The notes under the pieces were generated by a model. That model saw only the letters and a list, made by a program, of their open reading frames with translations. It searched no databases and was not told the DNA's origin. A stretch of 57,674 nt of DNA, filler included, from Basidiobolus ranarum (taxonomy: Eukaryota), in assembly GCA_040143965.1 (NCBI GenBank). It is 5 parts of 5 records of this genome, joined end to end, with 100 filler letters (N's around TTAATTAATTAA, not from the genome) between each part and the next. Parts side by side here need not be neighbours in the genome. Positions count along the whole stretch, not along the records: positions 1 to 11,467 come from JASJQH010000609.1; 4 more parts are not named here. One strand, written 5' to 3'. Both the position numbers and the translations under genes were made by a program. Shown in pieces: positions 1-10,966 of the stretch (its first letter is position 1; each line of letters begins with the position of its first letter).

Positions 1-70
1 GAAATGATGGATTAAAATGATGGATTTACAATCAAGAAATGATGGATTAAAATGATGGATTTACAATCAA
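1..70. repeat. 35-bp tandem duplication
   Basis: GAAATGATGGATTAAAATGATGGATTTACAATCAA occurs at 1-35 and again at 36-70. Confidence 0.9.
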
Positions 71-180
71 GTGTTGATATTTATTTACTTCTTTACTGTA
101 CAGTCAACATGAATTAGGTGTATATGTATTTGGCGAATGGAAAAAAGGGGCGTGTACTCATGAAGGGCGCTTTAATCACC

Positions 181-1039
181 CTAATCGGTACATGGTACCA
201 ATAGAGATGATTTAATTAGATGTTCCATTTGACATGTTGGACATCTGACATAAGAATGTTGAGTTGGTGATTCTTGCTCAGTAATAGCTAGCTTGCTGAG
301 ACAACATGTGTGAAAAATATGTTTACAACCAATCAGCTTAATCGTGCCTAAACTGTTCAATTCTCCGTTGTAGTCTCTATCAATGGATCCATGACATTGC
401 CCACATTCTTTGGGCTGATTGACGCATTGTCTCATACGAGCTTTCGGTTCAGGCTCACGCTCTCGTTCACGCTCAATCTCTAGTCGACACATTGGACAAG
501 TATTACTTTTACTTAGCCATGGGAATAGGCAGTGCTCATGAAATATATGGTGACATGGCATCGAGCGTATTTGATTTTTATCGCACAGGAAGTCATCTTG
601 GCATATAGAGCAAGAGGGCTGAGTGGCTAAAAAAGAATACATTAGCTTCAGCACAAGTTGGCTATATATCCCTTGAACTAAACTTACTCAAGTAATGTGA
701 TGTTGTGGAAATCTTTGGCAGTTCCGCCATGACTTGTTTAGACGCGGGTCTGGTCTGATTAACTCTTCTTTGCTGACTCTCTCGCTCATAATTATGTGGT
801 ATTAAAAGTAAATTAGAGTGGCGATTTAGCAGCTGCCGAAGCACCTGTGAGTTGTTCGCTGGATGTACTGCATGGGTATTATTCAAATCAGTTGGTCTGA
901 TAGTAGAAGAATGAAATATCACTGGGATTATAATTGTGGTCTCGTTGGTCAAAGCCATTAGGAAGCAGGTGTGAGGATAAAAACTTAAAGAATGTGTGAC
1001 TGATGAATAGTATCGCATCATCTCTGAGAGAGTTTCCAT
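181..1039 (-). CDS. RING-H2 E3 ubiquitin ligase-like protein with two RING fingers (2 exons, about 265 aa)
   Basis: Exons 1039-688 and 626-181. The 61-nt intron 687-627 has a GTAAGT donor, GCTAAT branch site and TAG acceptor, and splicing keeps the frame. PASKQVMAELPKI precedes CSICQDD...PCHHIFHEHC...W...CPMC (RNF115/126-like). A second RING follows: CGQC...GCKHIFHTCC...CPTC. Confidence 0.88.
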
Positions 1040-1974
1040 TTTATAACAACCCAGATTTCCTACTCAGTCCTCCTATCTCAGAGGATTATCGTATTTAGAA
1101 AGGTGGATTATGTCATTTTTTTTTGCAAATTGGAAACTTTTGATGCACAAGCAAGATGAGCGCTAAATGACATCAGAGATTTGCTTCAAGCTGATTTGCA
1201 TAGGCACCAGTGTTGTAATGTTCTTTTGTACTAAAGCCTATTTAACAGCTGTACTTTATTCTGTATAATGAACCAAACTTGAATTGAAAATACTATTTCC
1301 CCCTAGATAGTTAGCGTTAGTGATCACAAATTTGGGTTAGGGTTGAGAAGAATATGTAAATAGTTAGAGTGTGCTGCATGCTGCGTATATTCATGCATTA
1401 CCGAGTATGCTACGCATTCTAGATGAAAATGTTGCATCCATTCGATAATAGCTTGAGTTAGTTAAATAATAAATAATACCTCATTCTAGTATAGAGCGTG
1501 GTCATTACCTTGTTTCAAGATCAAAATCTGAGGGTTACGTAATGCTCAGAGTGTGTATACATTATTGGTGAACTGGTAGCACTGGCCAGGATATATAGCC
1601 AATTGTTTTAATCATCTATTTAAGCAAAATACTTTCCCTATCAGTATGGGGTTGGTATTGGGTTCCGACCTAGAGGTTAGCTGTTACATGACACAGCGCT
1701 CATACCAATAATCTATTGGCCCAGGCAGAATATTCCATTTTAGGAATTCTACTAACAAATTGACCAGATATTTATCCATGTTGATCGTCGGATAAATCTT
1801 CCCTATTTCTAGCATTAATTCATCCAAAGATTAAGCTACAAGTACGTTATTATCAGTTGAAACTGGAAAAACCAAGTATACGTAAGACTAGAGAAGCTTT
1901 TCCTAGTTCATATTTTTGTAGTCTTAGTCATGAAATGTGAAAGCTCACGTAGCCGTGACATTCAGTGCAAAAAG

Positions 1975-1982
1975 TATAAATA
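1975..1982 (+). promoter_or_regulatory. TATA box upstream of the ycaC-like gene
   Basis: TATAAATA lies 50 bp before the ATG at 2025. Confidence 0.5.
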
Positions 1983-2024
1983 CCAGCCTTGTGGCTAGAC
2001 ATTCTGCAGATCAACTTCCCCATT

Positions 2025-2660
2025 ATGAGCAACCAACAACAAAGTTATAAGCGCCTCTCCGTAGATGATGCCGTAGTCCTTCTTGTGGATCACCAGTCTG
2101 GATTGATATCTCTAGTTCAAGATTTCACTCCTGATGAGTTCAGAAACAATGTGCTTGCACTAGCGGATGCTGCTAAATTCTTCAAGTTACCCACCATCCT
2201 TACGACAAGCTTTGAAAATGGTCCAAATGGTCTTATCATGCCAGAATTGACAGAAATCTTCCCAGATGCTCCTTTCATCGCCAGACCTGGGCAAATCAAT
2301 GCATGGGATAATGAAGACTTTGTCCAAGCCATCAAAAAGACTGGTCGCAAGCAGTTAATCATAGCTGGTGTGGTTACCGATGTATGCGTAGCATTCCCCG
2401 CTCTCGCAGCTTTGAAGGAAGGCTATGAGGTATTTGTGGTAACCGACGCATCAGGAACCTTTAACAAGACAGTTCGAGATGCTGCTTGGTCAAGAATGGA
2501 ACAAGCTGGCGCTCAGTTGATGAATTGGTTTGCAGTTTGCTGTGAACTACACCGTGACTGGAGAAATGATGCTGAAGGCTTAGCAGCAATTCTATCCAAT
2601 CATTTGCCCGCGTATAAAAATCTTATTACTAGCTACAATGCGGTACAATCTAAAAAATAG
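2025..2660 (+). CDS. ycaC: YcaC-type isochorismatase-family cysteine hydrolase, intronless, 211 aa
   Basis: First ATG is at 2025 (the ORF track starts at an upstream TTG). Motifs LLVDHQ, LPTILTTSFE, IARPG, INAWDNEDFV, KQLIIAGVVTDVCVAFPAL, DASGTFN and CELHRDWRND match E. coli YcaC as recalled. Catalytic Asp, Arg and Cys are present. Confidence 0.93.
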   Translation: MSNQQQSYKRLSVDDAVVLLVDHQSGLISLVQDFTPDEFRNNVLALADAAKFFKLPTILTTSFENGPNGLIMPELTEIFPDAPFIARPGQINAWDNEDFVQAIKKTGRKQLIIAGVVTDVCVAFPALAALKEGYEVFVVTDASGTFNKTVRDAAWSRMEQAGAQLMNWFAVCCELHRDWRNDAEGLAAILSNHLPAYKNLITSYNAVQSKK

Positions 2661-3574
2661 GATCTGTACATCAAAATGAATAAGTTTAAGCATATTGTTT
2701 AGCTTTATCGCTGTTGATTGGAATAAAAAAGTGTATAATTCAAATATGATGCTTACATTTGATATTCCTATTTTTCTTTTAGCTAGACTTACAGTACAGT
2801 GTGTAATATGCAGATCTCATTCAGAGTAGTAATATTTAGTTCAATTAGAGAGCACTTTTGAGCCAAATGATAGCATAATATGATGTGGCATAAATGACGA
2901 GATTAAACCCGGAATACATGACTGATTGATTTTCACAGATCTAAGTATATTCAAAAACCCAAGGCTATGGCGAGAATAATCCACAAGATCATTCCGCTAA
3001 AATAGATAATGAGATGGAAGAGTGGCCCAAATTCACTTCCACCTGAAACGTTTTGAACAGACAAACTTCATTTCAATTGTAAGTAATATGTAAGACTTGG
3101 AAGGATACTTATTGACGGACCAGATTGCAATTTCTTGTTGCAGACACCTGTACTCCTAAGCTAGGGTAATGGTAGACGTATGTTGCCCTAGCAGACTAAT
3201 TGTTGAAATATGCGCGTTTTGATAACGGTTGATAGAATTGTGAGCTTGGTGGAGGTTGAGATTTGATCATGCGTTATAGGTATATATGGAGTATCTTGTT
3301 TTCCAAAATTCCATCATTTCTTCCTTGATAACCCTACTTCGTAACAATCTGTTAAGAATCTGATTTCGAGAATCAGAATTCCTAAGGTGAAATCGGAAAT
3401 CCGATTCCCAAGTTTACGTGGGACTTTTATACCACATAAACTTGTCTCACCAAACCGTTTTTCTTCATCTTTTCACAAGATATATATTGACCGTTGGGGC
3501 AATATATATCCAAAATTCAATACTCCCAATCAAAGAGGTTTCGGAGATAATAAATTATTCGCAAACAGTTATAA

Positions 3575-3844
3575 CGTAACGCGATATTTCTACACAGTGT
3601 AGTCAATTGCTTTGGCTACATTATAGGCGAAAGTCGTGACTGTTAAAATCGAAATCGGATGGATGAAATTGGTGGCTTGTAACATTACAAACCGGAGCTC
3701 TCTTTTCTGAATATAAAGGTACGATAAGCTCCGAAATGGTTTTCGATGACCCATAACTTCCCCCATACGCTTTCCTATTTAATGAAACTTGACACAGGTG
3801 TAGACAAAGAAATTGGCTACCCTTTTTAGAAATATCCCGTTACG
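3575..3844. repeat. Fold-back / MITE-like segment with 46-bp inverted repeats
   Basis: 3575-3620 and the reverse complement of 3799-3844 match at 39/46 positions without gaps. Confidence 0.75.
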
Positions 3845-3848
3845 GTAC

Positions 3849-3930
3849 ACCAGGAAGGCCGAGTGGTCTAAGGCGATGCGTTCAGGTCGTAGTCACTTCG
3901 GAGGCGTGAATTCGAACCTTACTCTCATCA
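3849..3930 (+). tRNA. tRNA-Leu(CAG), probably a pseudogene
   Basis: A-box GGCCGAGTGGTCTAAGGC, anticodon loop TT-CAG-GT, long variable arm, T-loop TTCGAAC and a T5 Pol III terminator at 3931-3935. The 5' acceptor strand ACCAGGA pairs poorly with 3' TCTCATC, and the T- and anticodon stems carry mismatches. Confidence 0.8.
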
Positions 3931-5298
3931 TTTTTCTATCAATTTTCACAATTATAATCGCCACAAGCATGATTAACATGTTTCAACACTAAATGCTTTG
4001 TTAGTGCTCTATAAAGAACACAACTTAACTTCTAACGATTTGAACTACATTCCATTGTGATTAAAATGCTTATAAATTTGAAGATTGTTTATAAAAATAA
4101 TTACAAAACTGTCAGACAGGGCACTATTACTCGTCAGCCGTCTTGGTACTAGTGACTGTTAAAAAGAAAAACTGGGAATGTATTCTATACATAATGCTGT
4201 AGAAGTAAACATCCCCTAATTATCCTAATAATTTGCTAAAAAGAGAGAAACAAAAGATTTCCTCAATTCTTTCTAGCTTTTGGCAGATACTTGGTATAAG
4301 AAATTCCCATAATTAATCCTAGTTGTTATTGACGAAGAAATACGTACCTACGTTTGATGTATGCCATTCCTGCGAGCATGTAGCAAGCCATATACTTAAA
4401 TTTACGTGGTATGAGTTTTTTGACTGCTTTTTAATTCCGTTCTGAGAGCAGACTAGAGAGGAAAACTCTAACTATCAAGCCACACTCTATTGACATTGAG
4501 ATATACGCCACCAGTGTTTGGTTGAAGAGTTTCTTTATATAGGAGCGTGCTAATACTCTTCCTTTAATGAGGTCGCCCGTAAAGATTAAAGGAGTGGCAA
4601 CACATAGGCTATACTAATGGAATCCTATCCCATTTTTTAAAGTGTATCAAATATCAATATTAAAGTAAAGTGCAGTAGAAGACAAAATGAGCTATGAATG
4701 GTTACATAATAGAAAGGGGGTTGCTGTCAAAGAGATTGGCTTTCGAACCTGGTGGATCTGTATTGTACTCGCTACAAATCAGATATAATATCGTATACTT
4801 TGAAAGTCAAAACTAGGTAAATTCTCGGGATGTTGTTTGATTCCTTTGACATTGGCATTTATGAAACAAAGTAGACAATAACCGAATGGTCTATATATAT
4901 GCAATATTTAGATGGTTTTCTATTCTATTTTGAATTGGAATGCAAAAAGAATCTTTATGTGAAAATATTTTAGTAAAACATGTTGAACGCAATGAGGTGA
5001 GTTAAAGTTAACTCATTACCTTGGTATCTCACATTCGAATATCCGCACCAATTGCTGACCAATTCTATTATTTAGTATAGTTATATATTTGATGTACCAT
5101 CCCATGTTAAGGCAACTCTTCAATCGTACATCAAGCTTTATCTAATGTATGGTTTCCTTATTGTAGGACCGGCCAATTCGATCCCAGCTATATATTAAAG
5201 TTATATAATGGAAGGTAATAGATACTGAAACTTTATTAGTCGCAAAGATATAGTGATTCAACAACTGCTGAACAGGCTTGAGTGCTCTTAGTGAAGAC

Positions 5299-6206
5299 TC
5301 AAATATCGAAGTTTTTAGAGATGATGGTGGTTACATAGTCACCCAGTAACTTGTGAACATCGGCTGTGGGATGAATGCGATCCCAAAGCACATGTTCGCT
5401 TACATTCTTACACAAACTCTTGGTATATATGTTGAAGCAGCCTGCTTTGGTATTCTTAAAGCCGTATTTAGTAGGGTTGTTGAGAATACCAGTAAAGAAG
5501 GCGTGAACATCAACATGGATAACCTTGGCATTCTCGATCATATCAACCCTCTTGAAGAGATCACTGTTGAACCGGTTTATAAGGTCTTTGAAATATGGCT
5601 TGTCTTTTGATTTGATGATAGGGAATCTATCAAGAGGTGGTTGATTGAATACAATAAAGTTTCTTGCCTTGTACTTTGCGATCAATTTCTCAATCCCCGC
5701 CACAATGTTATCAATGATAGTGTTTGTGGTGTATTTTTTTTGAATGTAGAAATCACCAGGGTTAGCTAGGCCAGATATATCGTTAGCAGCAAAAAACACA
5801 GCGTAGAGATTCCCTTCCTGGTTCCCAGATGGTGGCGGAACTCGATCAATCTGTTGTTTGAAGCCAGGCACAATAAAGCCATTAAATATGGAATAGATAT
5901 AGTCGTTATTACTTGTGGCACCTCCAAACCCATGATTTATTTGCGAAAGGCCTAGATTCTTAGTAGTGTAGTCAATCCAAGTTGGTCCATTCGAAAAGCG
6001 TCCTTCATAGTATGGAGCGGGTGGAAAGCCACTATACCTGAAGTCATTTCCGTTATCCTGGAATTCAAAATTATTTTAGTATAAAGATGCTCTGCCTCTT
6101 AGTGTAGTTTCCTTACTGTGTATGAGTCCGCATAGGCAATGATACGATTAATCCGGGCATACACTTGAGACGTCAAAATTGTGAATAGTACAATGATTTT
6201 TATCAT
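5299..6206 (-). CDS. Secreted GDSL/SGNH esterase/lipase (CE16-like), 2 exons, about 282 aa
   Basis: Exons 6206-6117 and 6057-5299, with a 59-nt GTAAGG...CAG intron. Signal peptide MIKIIVLFTILTSQVYA. Motifs: block I YADSYTDNGN, GRFSNGPTW, block II GGAT, block III FAAND, block V WDRIHPT. Confidence 0.9.
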
Positions 6207-6580
6207 GATAGAAGTGGAATATGTGACACCACTTGTGATATGTTGCCACTTTATAGTTCTTCGTTGGATTGTTCATTTTTGCTCTAGTTCATCTATTACA
6301 CTACCAATTAAGTGAACTCAACAGCGTGTCAAATGGTTGATATTAAATTTTGGAGGTGATGTTGACCTTTTTATTATACTCGTCGAAGCTGATTATGTAA
6401 ACGATGTTTCGTAGCTTCTTCAGATATCCGTTGACTCTGTAACAGTTAATAGAATCAGAAACCTAACTAACAGTTAACAGAATCAGGTATCTATCCAAGA
6501 GAAAACGTAACCACTTGTGGTATCCTCTCCCTTGATGATGAAATTGAACCTAAATTGCCATCCCCATATGTCCATTATTT

Positions 6581-6669
6581 GGAATTAAAGGGAAACTATC
6601 AACTTCATACCATATCTCTTGAAGAATTCGGAGTTAAAGGAAAACCATCGACTTCATACCATATATCTC
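6581..6669. repeat. Imperfect tandem duplication, period about 49 bp
   Basis: GGAATTAAAGGGAAACTATCAACTTCATACCATAT is followed by GGAGTTAAAGGAAAACCATCGACTTCATACCATAT. Confidence 0.75.
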
Positions 6670-6739
6670 ACGCAAGAGGATAGATTGTTTGATTTAGGCT
6701 ATTTTCTTTACTATGGGCCGGCAGCGGTAAAATATCCAA

Positions 6740-6796
6740 GATCACACACGGCATCCAGGATCACACACGGCATCCAGGATCACACACGGCATCCAG
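6740..6796. repeat. 19-bp minisatellite, 3 perfect copies
   Basis: GATCACACACGGCATCCAG at 6740, 6759 and 6778. Confidence 0.95.
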
Positions 6797-7182
6797 GCAA
6801 TGTAGCTGAATGAAGTTTTCTAGTACGGGTTTAAATTGCTGCCTCTTTCTATCATACTGTCCCTTTTTGTATGTTCGGCCTTTTCAAAAGCAGGGCAGTA
6901 ATAGTTATAGCCTAGTCTCTGGAATGAAATAGGCGAAATTCTGGTATCTTCAATCACTTTGAATCATCGGTAACATCATTTGTATAGAACTTTCTGCGCC
7001 ACTCATCAAGTACGACGACCTGATTCAGAACATTACACAGATATGTTACTCATATTCACATTTATATCCCGTTGTAAGTACTTCCGCAATCAGTTACATA
7101 ACTCTCTCACTACTACTGCGGAAGCTATATTTATTTATATCAGCTAGTATTCTGCTCATGCAGACGATGTTAGTACTATTAT

Positions 7183-8467
7183 ATGAACATGCCCAAGTCC
7201 CACGTCATTACTCCAGATTTTACTCAGGTGAATTTTAACAACGAGTACGAACAAAGTTTGAACTTCCAGCCCAAGGATACAACTATTGTAAACGGTTTGA
7301 CGGAGCAAGGTTGGGCTTATCTATGGCATATGCTGTTTTACCCAATTAGTATCGGTGGTACATTACTTGAAGTGCAGTATGTACCCAGAGATACACTAGA
7401 GGTACCTGGATGTTTACTTGTCACTTGCTTGAGTTTGAGGTTAATTCGTTTTTAATAGAAAACGGATGAAGCCAAGTATGATCGTCCCGTGTATCAATTA
7501 GCCCCTTTAGATACCCATATTTTTGGTATGTTTAAAGCATTGATAAGCCAGCCGACTGAGAGTTGGTTCTCCCTCTGGAAAGGTAACGACTCATTTGCTT
7601 CATTACCCTCAAATGATCTAATATGAGCAAGGCCAATTCAACAGTAGGTTACATCAAGTATGCTTAGAGTTGCTACAAGCCACTCTAGAGGGAATAATCC
7701 ATGCTGGCTTCAATGTTAGTGTCCCCATTTCGCATGTTGTGACAAAAATGGCAAGTCAAGTGACTTCTAGACTGTTACTAACTCCATTAGAAATGGCTAA
7801 TACCAGGTATGCGTGGATTATGTGTTGATTATATCAATCACTTGATGCAACTAAACACAACCATATATATTAATCCTATATATTAATCCCATATATTAAT
7901 CCTATATATTTTAGATTGATGGTTCAAACATCATTTGCAGATAAGCCTAAATATAAGGGATTAATTCATTGCTTGAGAACAATTATTGCTGAGGAGGGAT
8001 TTGGAGCATTGTACCAGTTACCGATCTTACTTTCTACTGTAATTATCGAGTCCATGTCGGCCATTGATTGGGAAACAATTTTTGAGAGCCAATATGCACA
8101 TGGTAAAAAACCAACGAAGCTATTTTGGACTGGATTTCTGAGTTATTTGGCGTTATCTTGTATCGTAGCACATCCTATGGGTACTATTCGCAGTCGTCTG
8201 CAATGTCAGATAACCACAACCGCTGCTAGAAAAAACTTTAAAACTGTGGTAAGAACTTGCCAAGTTCCCTATGCTGGAATTTGGGACTGTGGCCGAAGAA
8301 TCTTGACTGAGGAGTCACACAAGAAGGGGAATTCTCTTAATTGGCAAGGACTGTGGATTAATATTGGTTTACCTGTAAATATCTTGCTTTGGGGCTTTGC
8401 TTTAGGATTTCCCATGTGTCACCAAGGGTATTACAAATATTACGGACTTGACAGAGTACAACTTTAA
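7183..8467 (+). CDS. UGO1: Ugo1/SLC25A46-like degenerate mitochondrial carrier-family protein (4 exons, about 356 aa)
   Basis: Exons 7183-7401, 7459-7582, 7632-7806 and 7915-8467 splice in frame through GT-AG introns. Motifs: PISIGGTLLEVQYVP, RPVYQLAPL, SLWKGQF, TPLEMANTRLMVQ, KYKGLIHCLRTIIAEEGFGALY, HPMGTIRSRLQCQ, PYAGIWDC. Confidence 0.72.
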
Positions 8468-9399
8468 ATTTCATGGGCACTCAAATCAGCTGCAATATTT
8501 CTCATTTTAGTAACATAAATTCTATGAAGATAATCCTATTATCTATATTCAGTAGTGCTCGTAATAGTACTACCACTTTCCTACAGTAAATGGTATACAC
8601 ATCTCTCATGCACACGTTTACTTCAGTCTTTAGTAATCACTCTACAAACTCCCAAATTCTATTATAAGCATGAACCTACCTCTGTCAGTATCCTCAAGAC
8701 CTCTAAACGTAATTCAAGATGGATTTAAGTAAACATCAACACCTTTTGCCTATACACTATCGCTCAAAACTGCTTCATTTTTTTGCATGCATTTTTCAAA
8801 TGATAGTATCTCGTCATTTACTTCATGTTTTAACATGATATTTGTCACACTGCTTAAGCAGAGGTCAAATGATAGTTCTTTACGTTATGAAGGTGATTCC
8901 ATCAATCTTGGCGATATTATACACACTTATATTCAGTGGAGTGAGTGAATCAGTTTTGAGCGCAACATGTTTTTAACACTAAGATTTTACATTTTACAGT
9001 TAGGGTTAGGAGGATGAACAGCACCAGAAGGTGTAATCATTACTTATCTCAAGTTGGACAACACAAATAAATAAAGAAGCCAAAATAGAAATAAAATTTA
9101 TAGGAGAGTTAATTAAGTCATTTTTTAAGCAGCTTCCCAAATCTCATCCTATATGATAAAACAGTTGGGATGAAATACCTTAGCTCAGGAAATTTAAAGG
9201 TTATTACAAAAGCTTGTAATAAAAGGCAAGGGAAAATTTTTAAGAAGTGAAGTAAATCTTTTGAGCAGAGTATCCTTTGAAGGAAAGGGAATATAAAGGT
9301 GTGTAAGAGCATGTTCTTGAAAGTAATGATCAATTGGCTCTCATGAGAGCCTATCATGCAGCTCCTCAGACAATTCTATAACAATGCTTGTTTCCAGTA

Positions 9400-9950
9400 T
9401 AATCTCAAGAGCATAGTGATTCAAGTATCTCATGTTAATAGTCTTAGTAATGTCCATACCTTTGTCTCTAAAATACCTTCTATTGATTGAAATAGGCTCA
9501 TATTCAACATCTGGAAAGTAGCAGACTGTCCCATCAGTACTAACAAGACCCTAACAGAAATTTGAGGATTGTTATCATAAGAAAACCATCACAATTTTAA
9601 TCCATTTTGGATTGACCATTTACTTGCCATTGTAATATCATCCAGTTAGATTTGATTTTAATCAATTTTTACAGTTTCAGGAGTGAAATTTCAAGAACTT
9701 GCAAAATAGTTGCACATGATTGGCTACAATCTCAGAAAACTATGGATAAACTCATGTGCAAAAAGTATAACTCAAATTTTACACATTTACCACTTGAACA
9801 ATAACTTGTCACCTTTGAAATCCCCAGTTTCTTTGATATTTTCTCCTGAATATTATTATATTCTTCACACCCAAGGTTTAGCTCATATACAACACAAGCT
9901 TGTATCATTGTCTTCATCAAAGCCAACCATTGTATTTACATTGCTGAATT
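9400..9950 (-). mobile_element. Possible highly decayed non-LTR (LINE) AP-endonuclease fragment
   Basis: CpG-free stretch. Broken minus-strand frames give VVYELN (like VYAPN), TGDFK (like GDFN) and YLNHYAL (like SDH) in the expected order. Confidence 0.3.
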
Positions 9951-10321
9951 AACATTCTTCCAGCTATTAGGCAGATATCCTGCAATATTATGCCACTCTA
10001 TATCAAGTTCTTCCCAGATATTTACACAGTCAACACCAGACTGAATGTCAAGTTGAATGCTTTTCTTCTGAAGCCACTTTCTGCATACTTGCACTGCACT
10101 TTACCCTTCATACTTTTAAAAATACTCTTCAAGCACTTTTACTATTCTTATATGTCCTTGTAGTGTGACACTAATCAGTGTGCTTTGCAGTGTTTTGGTG
10201 GCTTTTTGCTTGCCTGTAGGTTTTGGGCTAATTTGAACACTTTGAAAAGTACTAGTTGATGTTGCAGAGCCATGAGTTTTATTAGCTGGTGTATTAGCTT
10301 GTTGAGAGGTGCCAGGTGTTG

Positions 10322-10414
10322 GACTATATATGTCAACTTTCTACTTAATAAATTAATAAGTGAAAACCATCAATTTCTCTAATTCTTCAAACCGCTTCCA
10401 ACAGGCTCCCAAAT
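10322..10414 (+). repeat. Fragment of copia LTR family A (3' part)
   Basis: AATAAGTGAAAACCA...CTTCCAACAGGCTCCCAAAT matches the LTRs at 43293 and 43654. Confidence 0.8.
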
Positions 10415-10966
10415 TCCAAGTATGAGTCTATCTTAGTGTACCAGGCCCTAGGTGATTGTATAAGTCCATAAAGTGACTTTTGTAGCTTACACACATCCTC
10501 AGGGTGCTCAGGATCCACAAAACCATCTGGTTGATCCATGAATATATCCTCCTCTAAGTCCCCATTCAAAAAAGCAGTTTAACATCCATTTGATGGATTT
10601 TTAAGCTGTGTTTTGCTGCCACCGCAAGTATGATTCTGATGGAATTAAACTTTGCTACAGGAGCAAATGTTTCATTATAGTCCACTCCTTCCATTTGAGA
10701 GTATCCTTTAGCCACAAGTCTGGCTTTATATGTTTCTACAGATCCATCAGCTTGCTGTTTAACTTTAAAACCCATTTGCATCCAATTCATTTTCAGTGAT
10801 CAGGTTACTGAACCAAAGTCCAAATTTGGTTATCTATGAGTGACTGATACTCCTCTGCCATTGCAGCACTCCAAAACTTTGTGTTGGGACTCTCCTTAGC
10901 CTCCTGTACTGATTTGGGTTCATCAGAAAAGGCTAAATTAGCACCTGGCTCCTTTTGGCAAGTGTG
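10415..10966 (-). mobile_element. Ty1/copia reverse-transcriptase pseudogene fragment
   Basis: Frameshifted frames give EPKSVQEA...[50 protein letters not shown] and VCKLQKSLYGLIQSPRAW. Confidence 0.92.

Noticed and set aside
2117..2362. Overlapping ORFs inside real genes (also 5353-5610, 11888-12073, 22011-22298, 38787-39223, 48440-48721, 51407-51598)
   Set aside because: They are antisense or alternate-frame shadows with no independent evidence.
3034..3050. Inverted partial match (ACCTGAAACG) to the tRNA anticodon arm
   Set aside because: It is short and gapped, so it cannot be told from chance without more copies of the element.
3881..3887. TTCAG read as a UCA (selenocysteine/suppressor) anticodon
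   Set aside because: The 7-nt loop TT-CAG-GT centres on CAG, and the D-arm and variable arm are typical of tRNA-Leu.
6740..6796. Short direct repeats considered as a CRISPR array
   Set aside because: The units are contiguous with no spacers, there are no cas genes and the context is eukaryotic.
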